Source of the DNA: Octopus sinensis
Lineage: Eukaryota
Assembly: GCF_006345805.1 (NCBI RefSeq)
Contig: NC_043004.1
Coordinates: 82,646,001-82,710,000, forward strand
DNA length: 64,000 bases
Reading direction: 5' to 3'
Part shown: positions 15,189 through 28,880 of the stretch, in pieces
Position numbering within the stretch: the stretch's first letter is position 1
Layout: every line of letters begins with the position of its first letter
Notes under the pieces: model-generated
Seen by the model: only the letters and a program-made list of their open reading frames with translations
Database searches by the model: none
What the model was told of the DNA's origin: nothing
Program-made: the position numbers and the translations under genes

Positions 15189-15541
15189 ATATTAATTTTC
15201 CTATACGCTTTAAGAAGTGTTGATTTAATATAAAGCATCTAATATTTATGTTTTAAGAAGCTTATCTAGCAATATTCAATTTGACATGTATTTTAAATCC
15301 ATAGCAACAGGTTTGAAGTAATCCCTACATACAAACAAAGCTGGTCGCATTATGTAACAGCTTTATCCGATATCTTTATTTCCTGTTCTTTCGTGACACA
15401 CGAAGATTTGCAACACTCTCAACTTAGAGAAGCAAAATTGAAGGACTAGAGATCTTACACAGAAATAAGGCTTCTATGTTTTAGTTGAACGGGTTTAACT
15501 CTTTATATAAAAGTTGGGAGAAATATTCTATTACAAAAAGT

Positions 15542-16488
15542 ATGGAACTAAAAGAAACACGATTCTACAAACTACTACAATTTTATGGGAAAATTAATAT
15601 TTCTAAGACATCACTTATGAACATATCACGGAAATCTTTCAAATGTAAAGATATCTGTATCTCTGCCTTTTACATCCTGTATTCTGTATATCTGATTACA
15701 AACCCAATTATATATATGTATTATACAATAGAATCGTATCATCGCGAAACTGATGGAATATTTGTACATATGTATGCATTATTTCTTCAGTGTTTGGTCT
15801 CACTCTACTGTCTGATCAAATTCTTCCGAAATTCTAAAGACAAAGAAATACTCAAAGCATTTACCGAACTTAAAACTGAAGAAGACGATGAAAAGTTCTA
15901 TAACAATAACTTAATATTTTCTTTTACATCACTTTCTATAGCTGTATTGCTGCCGCCCATTATATTCAATATCATGGAACACGTTCTCCCGTTTTTCATG
16001 AACACTGTTTGGAATTCCTCAACACCTATTTTCAAAACCAGCAACATTCTTGACATAAGTATTTCATTATCTCAGTTTGTATTTGATTTTATATCACAAA
16101 TGTACTTAATGTTTGATTTGTATATCAATGTCGCAATTGGAACTGCACTGCAGTATGAGTTTAATAAAGTAGCATGCGAGCTGAGAAATACGTAAAAGAA
16201 AAGCATTCAAATAATTCGTATTTCTTTAAGAAATATAAAGAGATTACAGAAATATGTAACTCACATGATACTCTGAGTAAAATACTGAATTTATTGAATG
16301 AATCATTCCAGTTGTCTTCAGGACATATCGTACTCGTTAGTGTTACTGTATGTTGTGTTGCTACTTATATAATTATAAATGATCCATACAAAATAGTCTC
16401 TGATTACTTTTCCGTTACGTTTCTGGCTTCGTTGAACATGATGCTTTTGATCAGAATGATGTGGATTGGACTTCGTTTAAATAAAACG
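15542..16488 (+). pseudogene. GR-like receptor unit 2 long exon with one 1-nt deletion near 16179
   Basis: ORFs 15485..16195 and 16174..16572 join into one paralogue. ATG to donor is 947 nt (316 codons minus 1 nt); GTAAGT starts at 16489; the upstream acceptor is mutated to TG (15384-15385). Confidence 0.85.
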
Positions 16489-16755
16489 GTAAGTTATGTA
16501 ATAATATATAATCGTAGTTTTTCTTTAGTAACACATGTCGAACACGTTATCCCAATTTCATTGGTGTTTTAAATTTATGTGATTTCTTCCTTTCAGATAC
16601 CCGTCTTGCACCTTTCGATTCCCAAATATGAATATGCGATACAGGTGAAATAATGAACGAAAATCTTCCACCTCTAGCACAATATATATATACATATATG
16701 CATACACGTATATATACAATGTACATACATACATCTAAATCTATATGTATACATT

Positions 16756-16792
<37 letters not shown>

Positions 16793-17019
16793 GATAGATA
16801 TAGATATAGATATAGATATAGATATATAAACATGCAACTAAATATATACATGTACGTATACATGTATAAATGTACGTTTATGGATATACTTCTATACATA
16901 TACAGGGATACGGAAAATTATATATATATACATTTATATTCATACTTGGGTAGAGATATACGCTCATATATAGATGCAAATATATATATATATTTATTTA
17001 TTTATTTATTTTTCATATT

Positions 17020-20000
17020 TATCTAGTTTCAGCTCACAAGCTGTGGCCATGCTGGGGCACCGCCATTTGGTGTTGCTACATGATATTACTTCACGAATGC
17101 TTTTTAGCAACTGCCATTTGGTGCATGAGAGAGTTCGATGCAGCTGCCCTCATCTGCACCTACTGCCGTGAAGGTAGTTCATTTGGGACACCTGACAAGA
17201 AGAGATCCAGTTTAATTTTAAAGACATCTGCATCCACCCCATGCAGGTGTCTTGGGATCTTCGGGAGGATATTGAAGAGCTGTGGGCCTTGGAAGCCCAG
17301 GCTATCACAGTATCTCGTCCTACATCTTGATGGCAAATTTGGAGTCCTTGGTACTATGCAGTGGCGCCCAGTTCTGGCACTTGAGTAACTCTCGATGCCA
17401 AAGTTTGGGACAAGTCCTTCTGGGATCTTCCTTATGTATATTATGGCATATCTTTCTCGCCTACGCTCTAAGGAATAGAGTCTTAATCTCTTCAGTCTTT
17501 CCTAGTAGTTTATATGCTGCACAGAGGCTATCTTCTTCGTGTAGCTTCGTTGGATCGCCTCAAGTTCTGTGATTAACTTGACACTGGATGGTGAACATAG
17601 CTGAGAGCAATAGTCAAAGTGGCTTAGGACAAATGACCTCTAGAAGATCATCATGGTTTCCTGGTCTCTTGTTCTAAAGGTTCTAAGAATACATCCGGTC
17701 AGTCGCCTACATTTCATTGCCAGTTTAGCAACATACACATGAAAGATTGCCTCATCACTCATGTAAATACCCGGATCTCGTACCGATTGTGCCTCTGGGA
17801 TTGCAATCCCTGCAGGTCCAGTGTATTCATTGAGTATTGCATTTAGTTTTGCATGCTGATAGCATAAAGCTTGAAACTTTTCAGCATTGAACTGCATGCT
17901 ATTGTTTTCAGCTCACATTGCAGGTACTTAGTGTCTTCAGGGTTCTGTATTGCCTGTGAAACTTTTGTATCATCTGCATAACTTGTGATCATGGCTCTCT
18001 GCGTGACTGAGGGCATGTCTGAGAGGGCCATCATGAACAGCAGTGGTCTCAAAACAGTACCCTGCGGAACACCGCTCACTATTTGCGTGTTAATGGAAGT
18101 GGCCCCATTGGCTGTTACCACCTGACTTCTATTCTTCAGGAGGTCATGAAGCTATTCTCCCAATTTTCCAACTATGCCAAGATCACGCAGTTTGTGACAT
18201 ATCATTCCATGATCGACTTTATCAAAGGTCTTTGCAAAGTCGAGATATATGACTTCCACATTTGAGTGGTTGAGTAGTCGTTTCAGCACCCAGTCATAGT
18301 GTTGTAGGAGCTGATTTAAGCAGCTTCTTCCTGGTCGGAAACCATGTTGGGTGTCAGGCAGCAAGTCATTTTCTTCAAGGAATGTAATTAGTTCCCTTCT
18401 GACTATTCGTTCAATGATCTTGCTGATGTGTGAGGTCAGAGATATAGGTCTGTAGTTCTTGGCCTCCGCTCTGCTACTTCCTTTATGACTAGGGCATATT
18501 TTACCTTCCTTCAGTTTTCTTGGAAGTTTGCCAGTTGCAAGGAAGCTCTGAAAGAGGAACTGCAGTGGTCCTGCTAGGACCCTCTTACATACTTTTAGAA
18601 GGATTGCTGGGAATCCATCGGGGCCAGTAGCTGAGATTGTTTTCATTTCATCTATAGCCTTTATTACATCGTCTTCCTTTATATTGATGTAATCATTCAT
18701 CGCTGCCTCTGATTTTATATCTGCAGTTGTAAAGAAGTCAGTTGGATTGCTCCTTCTTTTTCATGGGAGAGTTGCAGACAATTTTCAATTTCCAACTGTT
18801 TTATTTTCAGGCGGGACTTTTCACTGCTTTCAATTTGTTTGTTTAGGCGATTTGAAACCTTTGTACGCCGTCTCATTAGAATTTTCCTCTCTATGGGGAT
18901 TTTGTACTTGTGTACAGTGGCCTTTCTCTCTGGGACACATTTGTAGCATATGGCTTGCATTTCAGACATGAATTGTTGAAGTTTCATGTCGATGTCTGGC
19001 GAGGAGAGACATTCAGGCCAGTTTTGTTTGAGGATCTCTTTCTCAATTTGTTTCCAGTTTGCGTTATGGAAGTTCAAGCTGAAAAGTTTCTGAGAGTTTC
19101 TTGTAGGCTGCATGTCCATGCTTTACTTTGGACCGTACATGGTCAGCTCTACCATGTTGTTATCCGAGATTAGTGTCGGTGTCACTTTCACATTATGGCT
19201 GAGATCCATATTATTTGTGAAGAAGAGATTCAGTATATTACCTGCCCTGGTTTGCTGGAGTATTACTTGCTCCTGTTACAGAGTGTTGATGAGGTTCAGG
19301 AGGGACCTCGTCTGTCCTCGTTCACATCATGTCATTCCTGGGAGAGAAAGGCCCTCGTGCCATCTGACATTGGGTAGATTGAAGTCTCCCATGAGAAGTA
19401 CACTTATGTGTTGTTCTAACGTGTCTAGAACTTCTATTTTTATAAGGCAGTCTTCAAACTTGCCTACATGGCTTGGGGCATCTGGAGGGCGATATGTAAC
19501 ACATATATCTACACCAAGTTGCCTTACATGTACAATTAGTGTGTCACACACTGAGTTTGAGTATGACAAAAGGACCTGGGGTGTGAGGTCCTCACGGATA
19601 TACATAGCAACTCCTCCATGACTCCTTTCTTTTCTGTCGGTCCGTAGTACAACATACTGTGGTATGTGTACTTCCGCATCCGCTATGTCCGGTTTCAGGT
19701 GTGTTTCCGTAAGTGCTATGCATAAGGCTTGATTGCCTGCAACAAAATCTCTCAAAAACAGGACTTTTGTCCTGTTACTGAGTGTTAGTAGTCCCCTGAT
19801 GTTCAGTAGGAGCATCGAGGTGAGGTGTATGCTGTTGCCGGTGTTGTCAACCTTGGGTCTATTTGCTGTGGCGGTCTTGTGTATTGTGGATAGTCCCATC
19901 TGCGAGCCTGAGTTTGATGGAGCCAGGTTAGCTGCTGTACAATCTTTTGTGCCATGCACAAAAAAGATTCTTGTTCAGCAGCCGCCCTTTCAATAACATG

Positions 20001-21357
20001 TTGGCGGTTTGTAGCACGCACAACATCTGCGTACCTCCGTTTTGGAGCAGGTGGGGCGTGTTCCATTCCTTTTCCTTTTGGTAGTTGGTTTCTGACCTGT
20101 TTCATGTTTATGTGGCGGGGTCTTTGGTGTACAAAACGGCAGTCTGCACCTTCTTCTCCATGCCAGCAGACACCTTTCAGGTAGAATTTACACATCCGTG
20201 TGCGCTGTCTCTTTCAATCCTTTTTGGTACGTTGATAGTCAGGTTTGCTTCTATCCTTGGCTGTTTCATCTTTTGGTTTTCTTTGAGTTTTAGTTTTTCC
20301 TTTTTTTGTTGTTTCATCTTTTATTTTTCTTTTAGTTTTTCCTCCTTTTACTTCCTTTTTGGCTTTTTCATCTCCATGGTTTTGGCTTTTGGTGCTGGTA
20401 GGGGCACTTGCACTGGCATTTACTTCCCGGGCAGGTTTTTCACTTGAATTATCTTCTCTGTTGTGGTCCTCGGTGTCTACCAAGTGGGGGTGACATCTTT
20501 CATCAGCACCCGTGCCTCCATCCTTGCCATCTTTACTTTGTTCGTTGTCAAAGATGGCATCAAGCGTGCCCATGTGAGATCTTATGAGTGCATAGGAGCG
20601 TATAAACTCCTGCTTCTTTCGCTCTATCTGCGCTATTGTCCTTGTATATCCACTGCTCTTCAGCGCAGCTGTAATTATGTTGTTCGGATTATCTCCGTCG
20701 GCGCATTGACAGGCTCTCCGGAACAGCGCCAATTCGTTACTCTACCAGGTTCTGGACATTTTTGGAGATTTTATTTATTTATCTATCTAATTATATTTAA
20801 AATTTAATAGTGTGATAGAGGGTAGATAAGAAATAGAGAAAAAAGTGTCTATGTATTTAGAGAGATTGAGAGCTGAAAGAAGATAAGAAGAGAGTAGGAG
20901 AGAGTGAGAAGAGAATGTTCGCATCTATATATTTAGAAAAATTGAGAGGCTGAGAGAGGAAAGATGGTGTGACAGAGAGTAGTGGAGAAGTGAAGAGACA
21001 AGGAAAGAGGCGTGAGGGAGAGGAGTGAAGAAACAGAGAGAGAAAGAAATGAAAGAGAGGAGGTTATGCAAAAGATTGAGCGGCTGAGAAAAGATAAGGA
21101 GAGAGTGAGAGAGTGTCTATATATTTAAGAAGATAGAGAGGCTGAGAGAAGAAAGATGGTGTGATAGAGAGAAATGAAGAAACAAAAGAAAGACAGGAGG
21201 TTACGAAGCTGAAACAGAAGGTGAAAGATTATTAACAGAATGTAAATTATAAATATATACCTATCCGTAGCTACAAACGTTTTCTTCTATACTAAACTAA
21301 TAGCGACTATACTTTTAATGTTCGCTTCTATATATTTAGGGAGATTGAGGGGCTGAG

Positions 21358-21434
<77 letters not shown>

Positions 21435-21934
21435 ATAATTAAAGCAACAAATAAATACATGCCTATCTAAAATTGTATAATTTTAAAGAGATGTAACGGA
21501 GTTGAAACAGAAAGTGAATGTTGTAAACAGAATGTAAACGGAGAATAGGTCCTTACATTGAATTACGGGAAAATAAACAAATGAAAAGGGGTACTTATCT
21601 TATATGAGGTAGAAGTCCCAAAGTCTCCTCCCTATACAAAGAGGTTTTCTTTCAAAAAGAAAAAGAAAAACGGTTCTTTTTGCTTGTTGAAGTCGATTGG
21701 GAATAAACTTAAGAGATGTCACCACGTGCTTTTTCGACGGGAAATCTGGCGTGCGTAATTACCTTTAGTGTATTATATTTGGCTTGAAGCGAAATATATT
21801 ACGGTTTTTGACTAATATATCCTAGTAGACCGCTATGAAATAGCAAGTTTTACGTTTTTTATCAATTTTCGCCGATTATTTCGTCGATTTATCACAGAGC
21901 AAAGCAACACGTCTTTACCCTACGAAAACCGGAA

Positions 21935-21937
<3 letters not shown>
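17020..21937 (-). mobile_element. Near-full-length CR1/L2-type LINE, copy A (5'UTR, ORF1, APE-RT ORF2), degenerate
   Basis: APE motifs LLNIRGL, LTETHL and MGDFN; RT motifs; ~210-bp deletion at ~18755; (TAAA)n tail; probable 5' end at ACTTCCGG. Confidence 0.9.
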
Positions 21938-21984
<47 letters not shown>

Positions 21985-21988
<4 letters not shown>

Positions 21989-22440
21989 ATCGTTGATTCT
22001 TTAATTCTATCGTAATAATCTATCGTTAATTCTGTAATTCTATCGTAATAATCTATCGTTAATATATATATATATATATATATTATAATTCTATCGTTAA
22101 TTCTGTAATTCTATCGTAATAATCTATCGTTAATATACATATATATCGTTTATTTCTATCGTTAATTCTGTAATTCTATCGTAATAATCTATCGTTAATA
22201 TATATATATATATATATCGTTAATTCTATCGTTAATTCTGTAATTCTATCGTAATAATCTATCGTTAATATACATATATATATCGTTCATTTCTATCGTT
22301 AATTCTGTAATTTTATCGTAATAATCTATCGTTAATATACATATATATATCGTTTATTTCTATCGTTAATTCTGTAATTCTATCGTAATAATCTATCGTT
22401 AATATATATATATATCGTTAATTCTATCGTTAATTCTGTT
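21985..22440. repeat. Minisatellite with ~55-65-bp units (ctatcgttaattctgtaattctatcgtaataatctatcgttaat + TA run)
   Basis: About seven tandem units read directly. Confidence 0.85.
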
Positions 22441-25400
22441 TACATTCTGTTAATTCCGACGGACAGATATATATTTTCTTTTTCTCTGTTTACATTCTGT
22501 AATAATCTCTTGGCTTGTTACATATATATATATATATATATATACATATGTGTGTATGTATGTATATATGTGTGTGTATACATATGCATATGTGTGTGTG
22601 CAATTAGTTTCGTTTAGAAATTGTCTGTAATAATCTCTTGGCTTCTGTTTTTTAGCTCTTTTTTTCTTTATATACCTATTTGTTATTCTTGTTTATATAT
22701 GTGCACACGTGTGTATATGTGTGTATGTATGTATATATATGTGTATGCATGTGTGTAAGTGTGTGTACAATTAGTTTCGTTTAGGAATTTTGTGCGGACA
22801 GATATATATATTCTTTCTCTATTTCTTCCTTCTCTCTGTCTCTTCAGTTCTCTCCCTCACGCTTCTCCTTGTCTCTTCATTACTCTCTTCTTTCTTACTC
22901 TCCTCTTTCAGCTCTCAATCTCTCTTTAAGTACATAGACGCTTTCTCTCTCTCCCTTCAGCTCTCAGTCTCTCCTCTTCCTCTTCTTTCGGCTCCCAATC
23001 TCTCCTTAAGTACATAGACGCTCTCTTTCTCTATTTCTTCCCTACCCCCTATTGCGCTATTAGATTAATATAAATTAATATATTTAGATAGATAGATAGA
23101 TAGATAAAATATCAAGAATGTCCAGAACCTGGAAAAGTGACGAATTGGCGTTGTTCCTGAGAGGATGGTGATGCGCTGACGGAGAAAATCCGAATAACAT
23201 AATAACGGCTGCGCTGAAGAGCAGCGGATACAAAAGGACGTCAGCTCAAATAGAGCGGAAGAAGCAAGAATTTATACGCTCCTACGCACTCATCAGATCG
23301 CACATTAAAACGCTGGATGCCATCTTTGACAGCGAACGAAGCGTACAAAGTAAAGATGGCAAGGATGGAGACGCGGGCGCTGATGAAAAAGGACACCCCC
23401 ACCTGGTAGACGCCCAGGAAGAAAACTCCAGTGAGAAACCTGCCCGGGAAGTAAACCCAAGTGCGGGTCCTCCTACCAGCACCAAAAGCCATGGACATGG
23501 AGATGAAGGAACCAAAAAAGGAGGAAAAACTAAAACTAAAACTCAGGGAAAACCAAAAAACGAAACAGCCAAGGATAGAAGCAAACCTAACTATCCATAT
23601 ACCAAAAAGGATGGAAACAAGCAGCGCACACGGGTGTGTAGGTTCTACCTGAGAGGTGCCTGCTAGCATGGAGAGGAAGGTGCAGGCTGCCGTTTTGCAC
23701 ATCCGGGACCCTGCCGCAGAAACCAACCACCGAAAGGAAAAGGGATGGCCCACGCACCACCTGCCCCAAAGCGGAGGTACGCAGATGTGGTGCGTGTCAC
23801 AAACCGCCAACATGTTGTTGAAAGGGCAGCTGCTGAACAAGAATCTTTTTTGTGCATGGCACAAAAGATTGTACAGCAGCTAACCTGGCTCCATCAAACT
23901 CAGGCTCGCAGATGGGACTACCCACAGTTCACAAGACCACCACAGCAAATAGACCCAAGGTGGACACCACCGGCAACAGCATACACCTCACCTCGATGCT
24001 CCTACTGAACATCAGGGGACTACTAACACTCAGTAACAGGACAAAAGTCCTGTTTTTGAGAGATTTTGTTGCAGGCAATCAAGCCTTATGCATAGCACTT
24101 ACGGAAACACACCTGAAACCGGACATAGCGGATGCGGAAGTACACATACCACAGTATGTTGTACTACGGACTGACAGAAAAGAAAGGAGTCATGGAGGAG
24201 TTGCTATGTATATCCGTGAGGACCTCACACCCCAGGTCCTTTTGTCATACTCAAACTCAGTGTGTGACACACTAATTGTACATGTAAGGCAACTTGGTGT
24301 AGTTGTGTGTGCTACATATCGCCCTCCAGATGCCCCGAGCCATATGGGCAAGTTTGAAGACTGCCTTATAAAAATAGAAGAAGTTCTACTAACACTAGAA
24401 CAGCACATAAGTGTACTTCTCATGGGAGACTTCAATCTATTCAATGTCAGATGGCCCGAGGGCTTTTCTCTCCCAGGAATGACACGATGTGAACGGGGAC
24501 AGGCGAGGTCCCTCCTGAACCTCATCAACACCCTGTACATGGAGCAAGTAATACTCCAACCAACCAGGGCAGGTAACACACTGGATCTCTGCTTCAGAAA
24601 TAATATGGATCTCATCCATAATGTGAAAGTGACACCGACACTACTCTCGGATCACAACATGGTAGAGCTGACCATGTACGGGCCAAAGAAAAGCATGGAC
24701 ATGCAGCCTACAAGAAACTCTCAGAATCTTTCCAGCTTGAACTTCCATACGCCAAACTGGAAACAAGTTGAGAAAGAGATCCTCAAACAAAACTGGCCTG
24801 AATGTCTCTCCTATCCGGACATCGACATGAAACTTCAACAATTCATGTCTGTAATGCAAGCCATATGCTACAAATGTGTCCCAGAGAGAAAGGCCACTAT
24901 ACACAAGAACAAAATCCCCATAGAGAGGAAAATTCTAATGAGACGGCGCACAAAAATCTCAAATCGCCTAAACAAACAAATTGAAAGCAGTGAAAAGTCC
25001 TGCCTTAAAATGAAACTGTTGGAAATTGAAAAATGTCTGCAACTCTCCCATGAAAAGGAAAGAGCAGACAAAGAAGCCTGGGCTATAGACAACATAAAAT
25101 CTCACCCTAGAGCTTTTTACAGGTATGCCAAAGAAACAGCTACGGTGCACTGTAGGATAGGGCCACTCCTTGAAAGGGATGGCACACTCACAGGAAATCC
25201 AATGAGGGTAACTGAAATACTAAATGAGCAATTCAAGAGTATTTTCATCCCACCCCTTGGGCATTTCCAAATCAGCAATCCAACTGATTTTTCAACACTG
25301 CAGATATGGGGTCAGAGGCGGCGATGATTGATTACGTCAATATAAAGGAAGACGATGTAATAAAGGCTATAGATGAGATGTAAACAAACTCAGCTACTGG

Positions 25401-27034
25401 CCTCGATGGATTCCCAGCAATCCTTCTAAAAGTATGTAAGAGGGTCCTAGCAAGGCCACTGCGGTCTCTCTTTCAGAGCTTCCTTGCAGCTGGCAAACTT
25501 CCAAGAAAACACAAGGAAGGTAAAATATGCCCTATTCATAAAGGAGGTAGCAGAGCGGAGGCCAAGAACTACAGACCTATCTCCCTAACCTCACACATCT
25601 GCAAGGTCATGGAACGAATAGTCAGAAGGAAACTAATCACCTTCCTTGAAGAAAATGACTTGCTGCCTGACACCCAACATGGTTTCCGACCAGGAAGAAG
25701 CTGCTTAACTCAGCTCCTACAACACTATGACTGGGTGCTGAAACAAATGCTCAACCACTCAAATGTGGAAGTCATATATCTCGACTTTGCAAAGGCCTTT
25801 GATAAAGTCGATCATGGAATGATATGTCACAAACTGCGTGATCTTGGCATAGTTGGAAAATTGGGAGAATAGCTTCATGACCTCCTGAAGAATAGAAGTC
25901 AGGTGGTAACAGCCCATGGGGCCACTTCCATTAACACGCAAATAGTGAGCGGTGTTCCGCAGGGCACTGTTTTGAGACCACTACGGTTCATAATGGCCCT
26001 GTCAGACATGCCCTCAGCCACGCAGAGAGCCACGATCACAAGTTATGCAGATGACACAAAAGTCTCACAGGCAATACAGAACCCTGAATACACTAAGGAC
26101 CTGCAATGTGAGCTGGACGAAATATACAAGTGGGCTGAAAAGAATAGCATGCAGTTCAATGCTGAAAAGTTTCAAGCTTTATACTATCAGCATGCAAAAC
26201 TGAATGCAATACCCAATGAATACACTGGACCCGGAGGGATTGCAATCCCAGAGGCACAATCAGTGCGTGACTTGGGTATTCACATGAGTGATGACGTACC
26301 TTTCATGTACATGTTGCTAAACTGGCAATGAAATGTAGACGGCTGGCTGGCTGGATTCTTAGAACCTTTAGAACAAGAAACAAGAAAACCATGATGGTCC
26401 TCTGGAAGACACTTGTCCTAAGCCCCTTTGACTATTGCTCTCAGCTATGGTCACCATCCAGTGTCAAGTTAATCACAGACCTTGAGGCGATCCAACGAAG
26501 CTACACGAAGAAGATAGCCTCTGTGCAGCATATGAGCTACTGGGAAAGACTCAAGAGATTAAAGCTCTATTCCCTGGAGCGTAGGCGAGAAAGATATGCC
26601 ATAATATATATCTGGAAGATCCTGGAAGGACTTGTCCCAAACATTGGCATCGAGAGTCACACAAATGCCAGAACCGGACGCCACTGCGTAGTACCAAGGA
26701 CTCCAAATTTGCCATCAAGATGTAGGACAAGATATTGTGATAGCCTGGGCTTCAGAGGCCCACAGCTCTTCAATATCCTCCCAAAGAACCTGCATGGTGT
26801 AGATGCAGCTGTCTTTAAAGTAGGACTGGACCTCTTCCTCTCAGGTGTCCCGGATGAACCAACTTCACGGCAGGAGGTGCAGATGAGGGCAGCTGCATCG
26901 AACTCTCTCATGCATCAGATGGCGTTTGCAAAAAAGCATCCGTGAGGTAAAATCGTGTAGCAAACCAAATGGCGGTGCCCCAGCATGGCCACAGCTCATT
27001 AGCTGAAACTGGAAAAATCAAAATCAATCAAATC

Positions 27035-27035
<1 letters not shown>
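22440..27035 (+). mobile_element. Near-full-length CR1/L2-type LINE, copy B
   Basis: ORF1 23118-24008 has two in-frame stops. ORF2 comprises 23852..25327 (APE), 25609..26331 (RT; YADDT) and 26328..26945. (TCAAA)-like tail. Confidence 0.92.
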
Positions 27036-27065
<30 letters not shown>

Positions 27066-27083
27066 ATTATATATATATATTAC

Positions 27084-27164
<81 letters not shown>

Positions 27165-27415
27165 ATAATATATATTTCTATTATTCATAGAGAAATATAT
27201 ATATATATATATTATAATTATATACATAATTATAACACGGCCTTGGCTTGCGCCTCACCAGTAATGTGATCCCGGTTTTTTCATTTCTATTTCTGACCAT
27301 GTCTCACCACAATAATAAAAATCGTTATATTTTTTCCTTCATCAGCGTCGGTATACCCAGCCATATAAATAAGAGTGGCCACGGATTTGCAAGGGAATTG
27401 CGCCATCGCTTATCT

Positions 27416-27600
27416 TATACCCATTTCTTTATTACCCACAAGGGGCTAAACACAGAGGGGACAAACAAGGACAGACATAGGTATTAAGTCGATTACGTCG
27501 ACCCCAGTGCGTAACTGGTACTTAATTTATCGACCCCGAAACGATGAAAGGCAAAGTCGACCTCGGCGGAATTTGAACTCACAACGTAACGCCGACGTAA
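27416..27600 (-). mobile_element. SINE family C, partial; further copies at ~34120-34345, 35070-35305, 35880-36165, 51240-51640, 54650-54850 and 55580-55790
   Basis: Recurrent ggcgagctggcagaaacgttagcacgccgggcgaaatgc...gagttcaaattccgccgaggtcgac (B-box-like GTTCAAAT). Confidence 0.75.
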
Positions 27601-27765
27601 CGCCTTCTTATACCCGTTGAGAATCGCAGATATATGCTGCGGATTAGAATTCATATCCTTCTCTTATAGTCACGTGTCGTATGTTAAAGATCAACACTGC
27701 AGTTAATACAGTTTTGATCAAGGTGTAAACATTTTTTTCAAATATTATTTATAATCATAATAAAG

Positions 27766-28230
27766 GGTAAAATCAGAAATGATTTTTAACAAGTGCTCAG
27801 CGCAGAAATAAAACCACGTATGTAAATTTATATACATATTTTATAATTATATACATAATTATAACAAGAGTTTGGCTTGCGCCTCACCACGCACTGAAAC
27901 ATAGACGTCAAAAGACACTATCGCCACTATACCGTCGCTGATAAAGGCAAAAAGATAAAGTTTTTTATTACTTTAAGCCCGAAACACTACCATGTACGCG
28001 GTTGACCAAAGTTGTAATTCATATTCTACTAGCCTATATGCAGAATGTTTTTCTCGGAGAATTTATGGTAGCAATAGTGTCTTTTGGGGTTTATTTTTCA
28101 GCGCGTGGTGAGGCGCAAGCCAAGGCCTTGTTATAATTATGCATATAATTATATAATGTCAATATAAATTTACCTACGAGGTTTTATTTCCGCGCTGAGC
28201 ACTTGGTAAAAATCATTTGTGATTTTTACC
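27766..28230. mobile_element. MITE with ~125-150-bp inverted repeats; partial copy at 27212-27360
   Basis: ggtaaaatca...tggcttgcgcctcaccac is inverted relative to gtggtgaggcgcaagcca...tgatttttacc. Confidence 0.7.
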
Positions 28231-28467
28231 AAGCGGGTTCGTATTGAGCAATATGATGTAAATTTATTTGGCCAATGAATCTACATGGAACCTAAATCTT
28301 GCGTAAATTTTGAATAAGATACTTCAGGCACAGAGACAGACACACACACACACACACACAGAGGCAGGTATACACACACAGAGGCAGATATACACATTCA
28401 TATACACAAGCAGATATACACATTCACACACACATTCTCAGCTTTATATATATATATATAATATATA

Positions 28468-28499
<32 letters not shown>

Positions 28500-28880
28500 T
28501 ATGTGAGGAGAGAGAGAAGGAGAGAGAGAGAGATAGCTATTCATTTTTCTATACGCATCAAAAGGTGTTGATTGAATACAAATCATTTAAGATTTATGAC
28601 TTAAGAAGCTTATCGAGCAATATTCAATTTGAAATGTATTTTAAATCCATAGCAACAGGTTTGAAATAATCCCTACATACAAACAAAGCGAGTCGCATTA
28701 TATAAGAGCTTTATCCGATATCTTTATATCCAGTTCTTTCGTAACACACGACGCTTTGCAGCACTCTCAACTTATAGAAGCAAAATTGAAGGACTAAAGA
28801 TCTTATACAGAAATAAGTTTTAGTTCAACGTGTTTAACTCTTTATATAAAAGTTGTGAGAAATATTTTATTACAAAAAGT

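Noticed and set aside
16597-16644. 48-nt phase-0 mini-exon candidate after unit 2 (tttcag|IPVLHLSIPKYEYAIQ|gtgaaa)
   Set aside because: The homologous positions after units 3, 5 and 6 lack the acceptor and/or the donor; probably chance sites within conserved intron sequence.
21985-22440. CRISPR-like regular repeats
   Set aside because: No unique spacers, no cas genes, eukaryotic context; it is a minisatellite.
23169-23666. Stop-codon readthrough or selenocysteine in LINE ORF1 (TGA 23169, TAG 23664)
   Set aside because: The second copy has sense codons at both sites, so these are ordinary nonsense mutations.
23241-25150. Antisense ORFs over the LINEs (e.g. 23241..23864 -, 19112..19621 +)
   Set aside because: Shadow ORFs of GC-richer coding sequence; no recognisable motifs, and their boundaries differ between the two copies.
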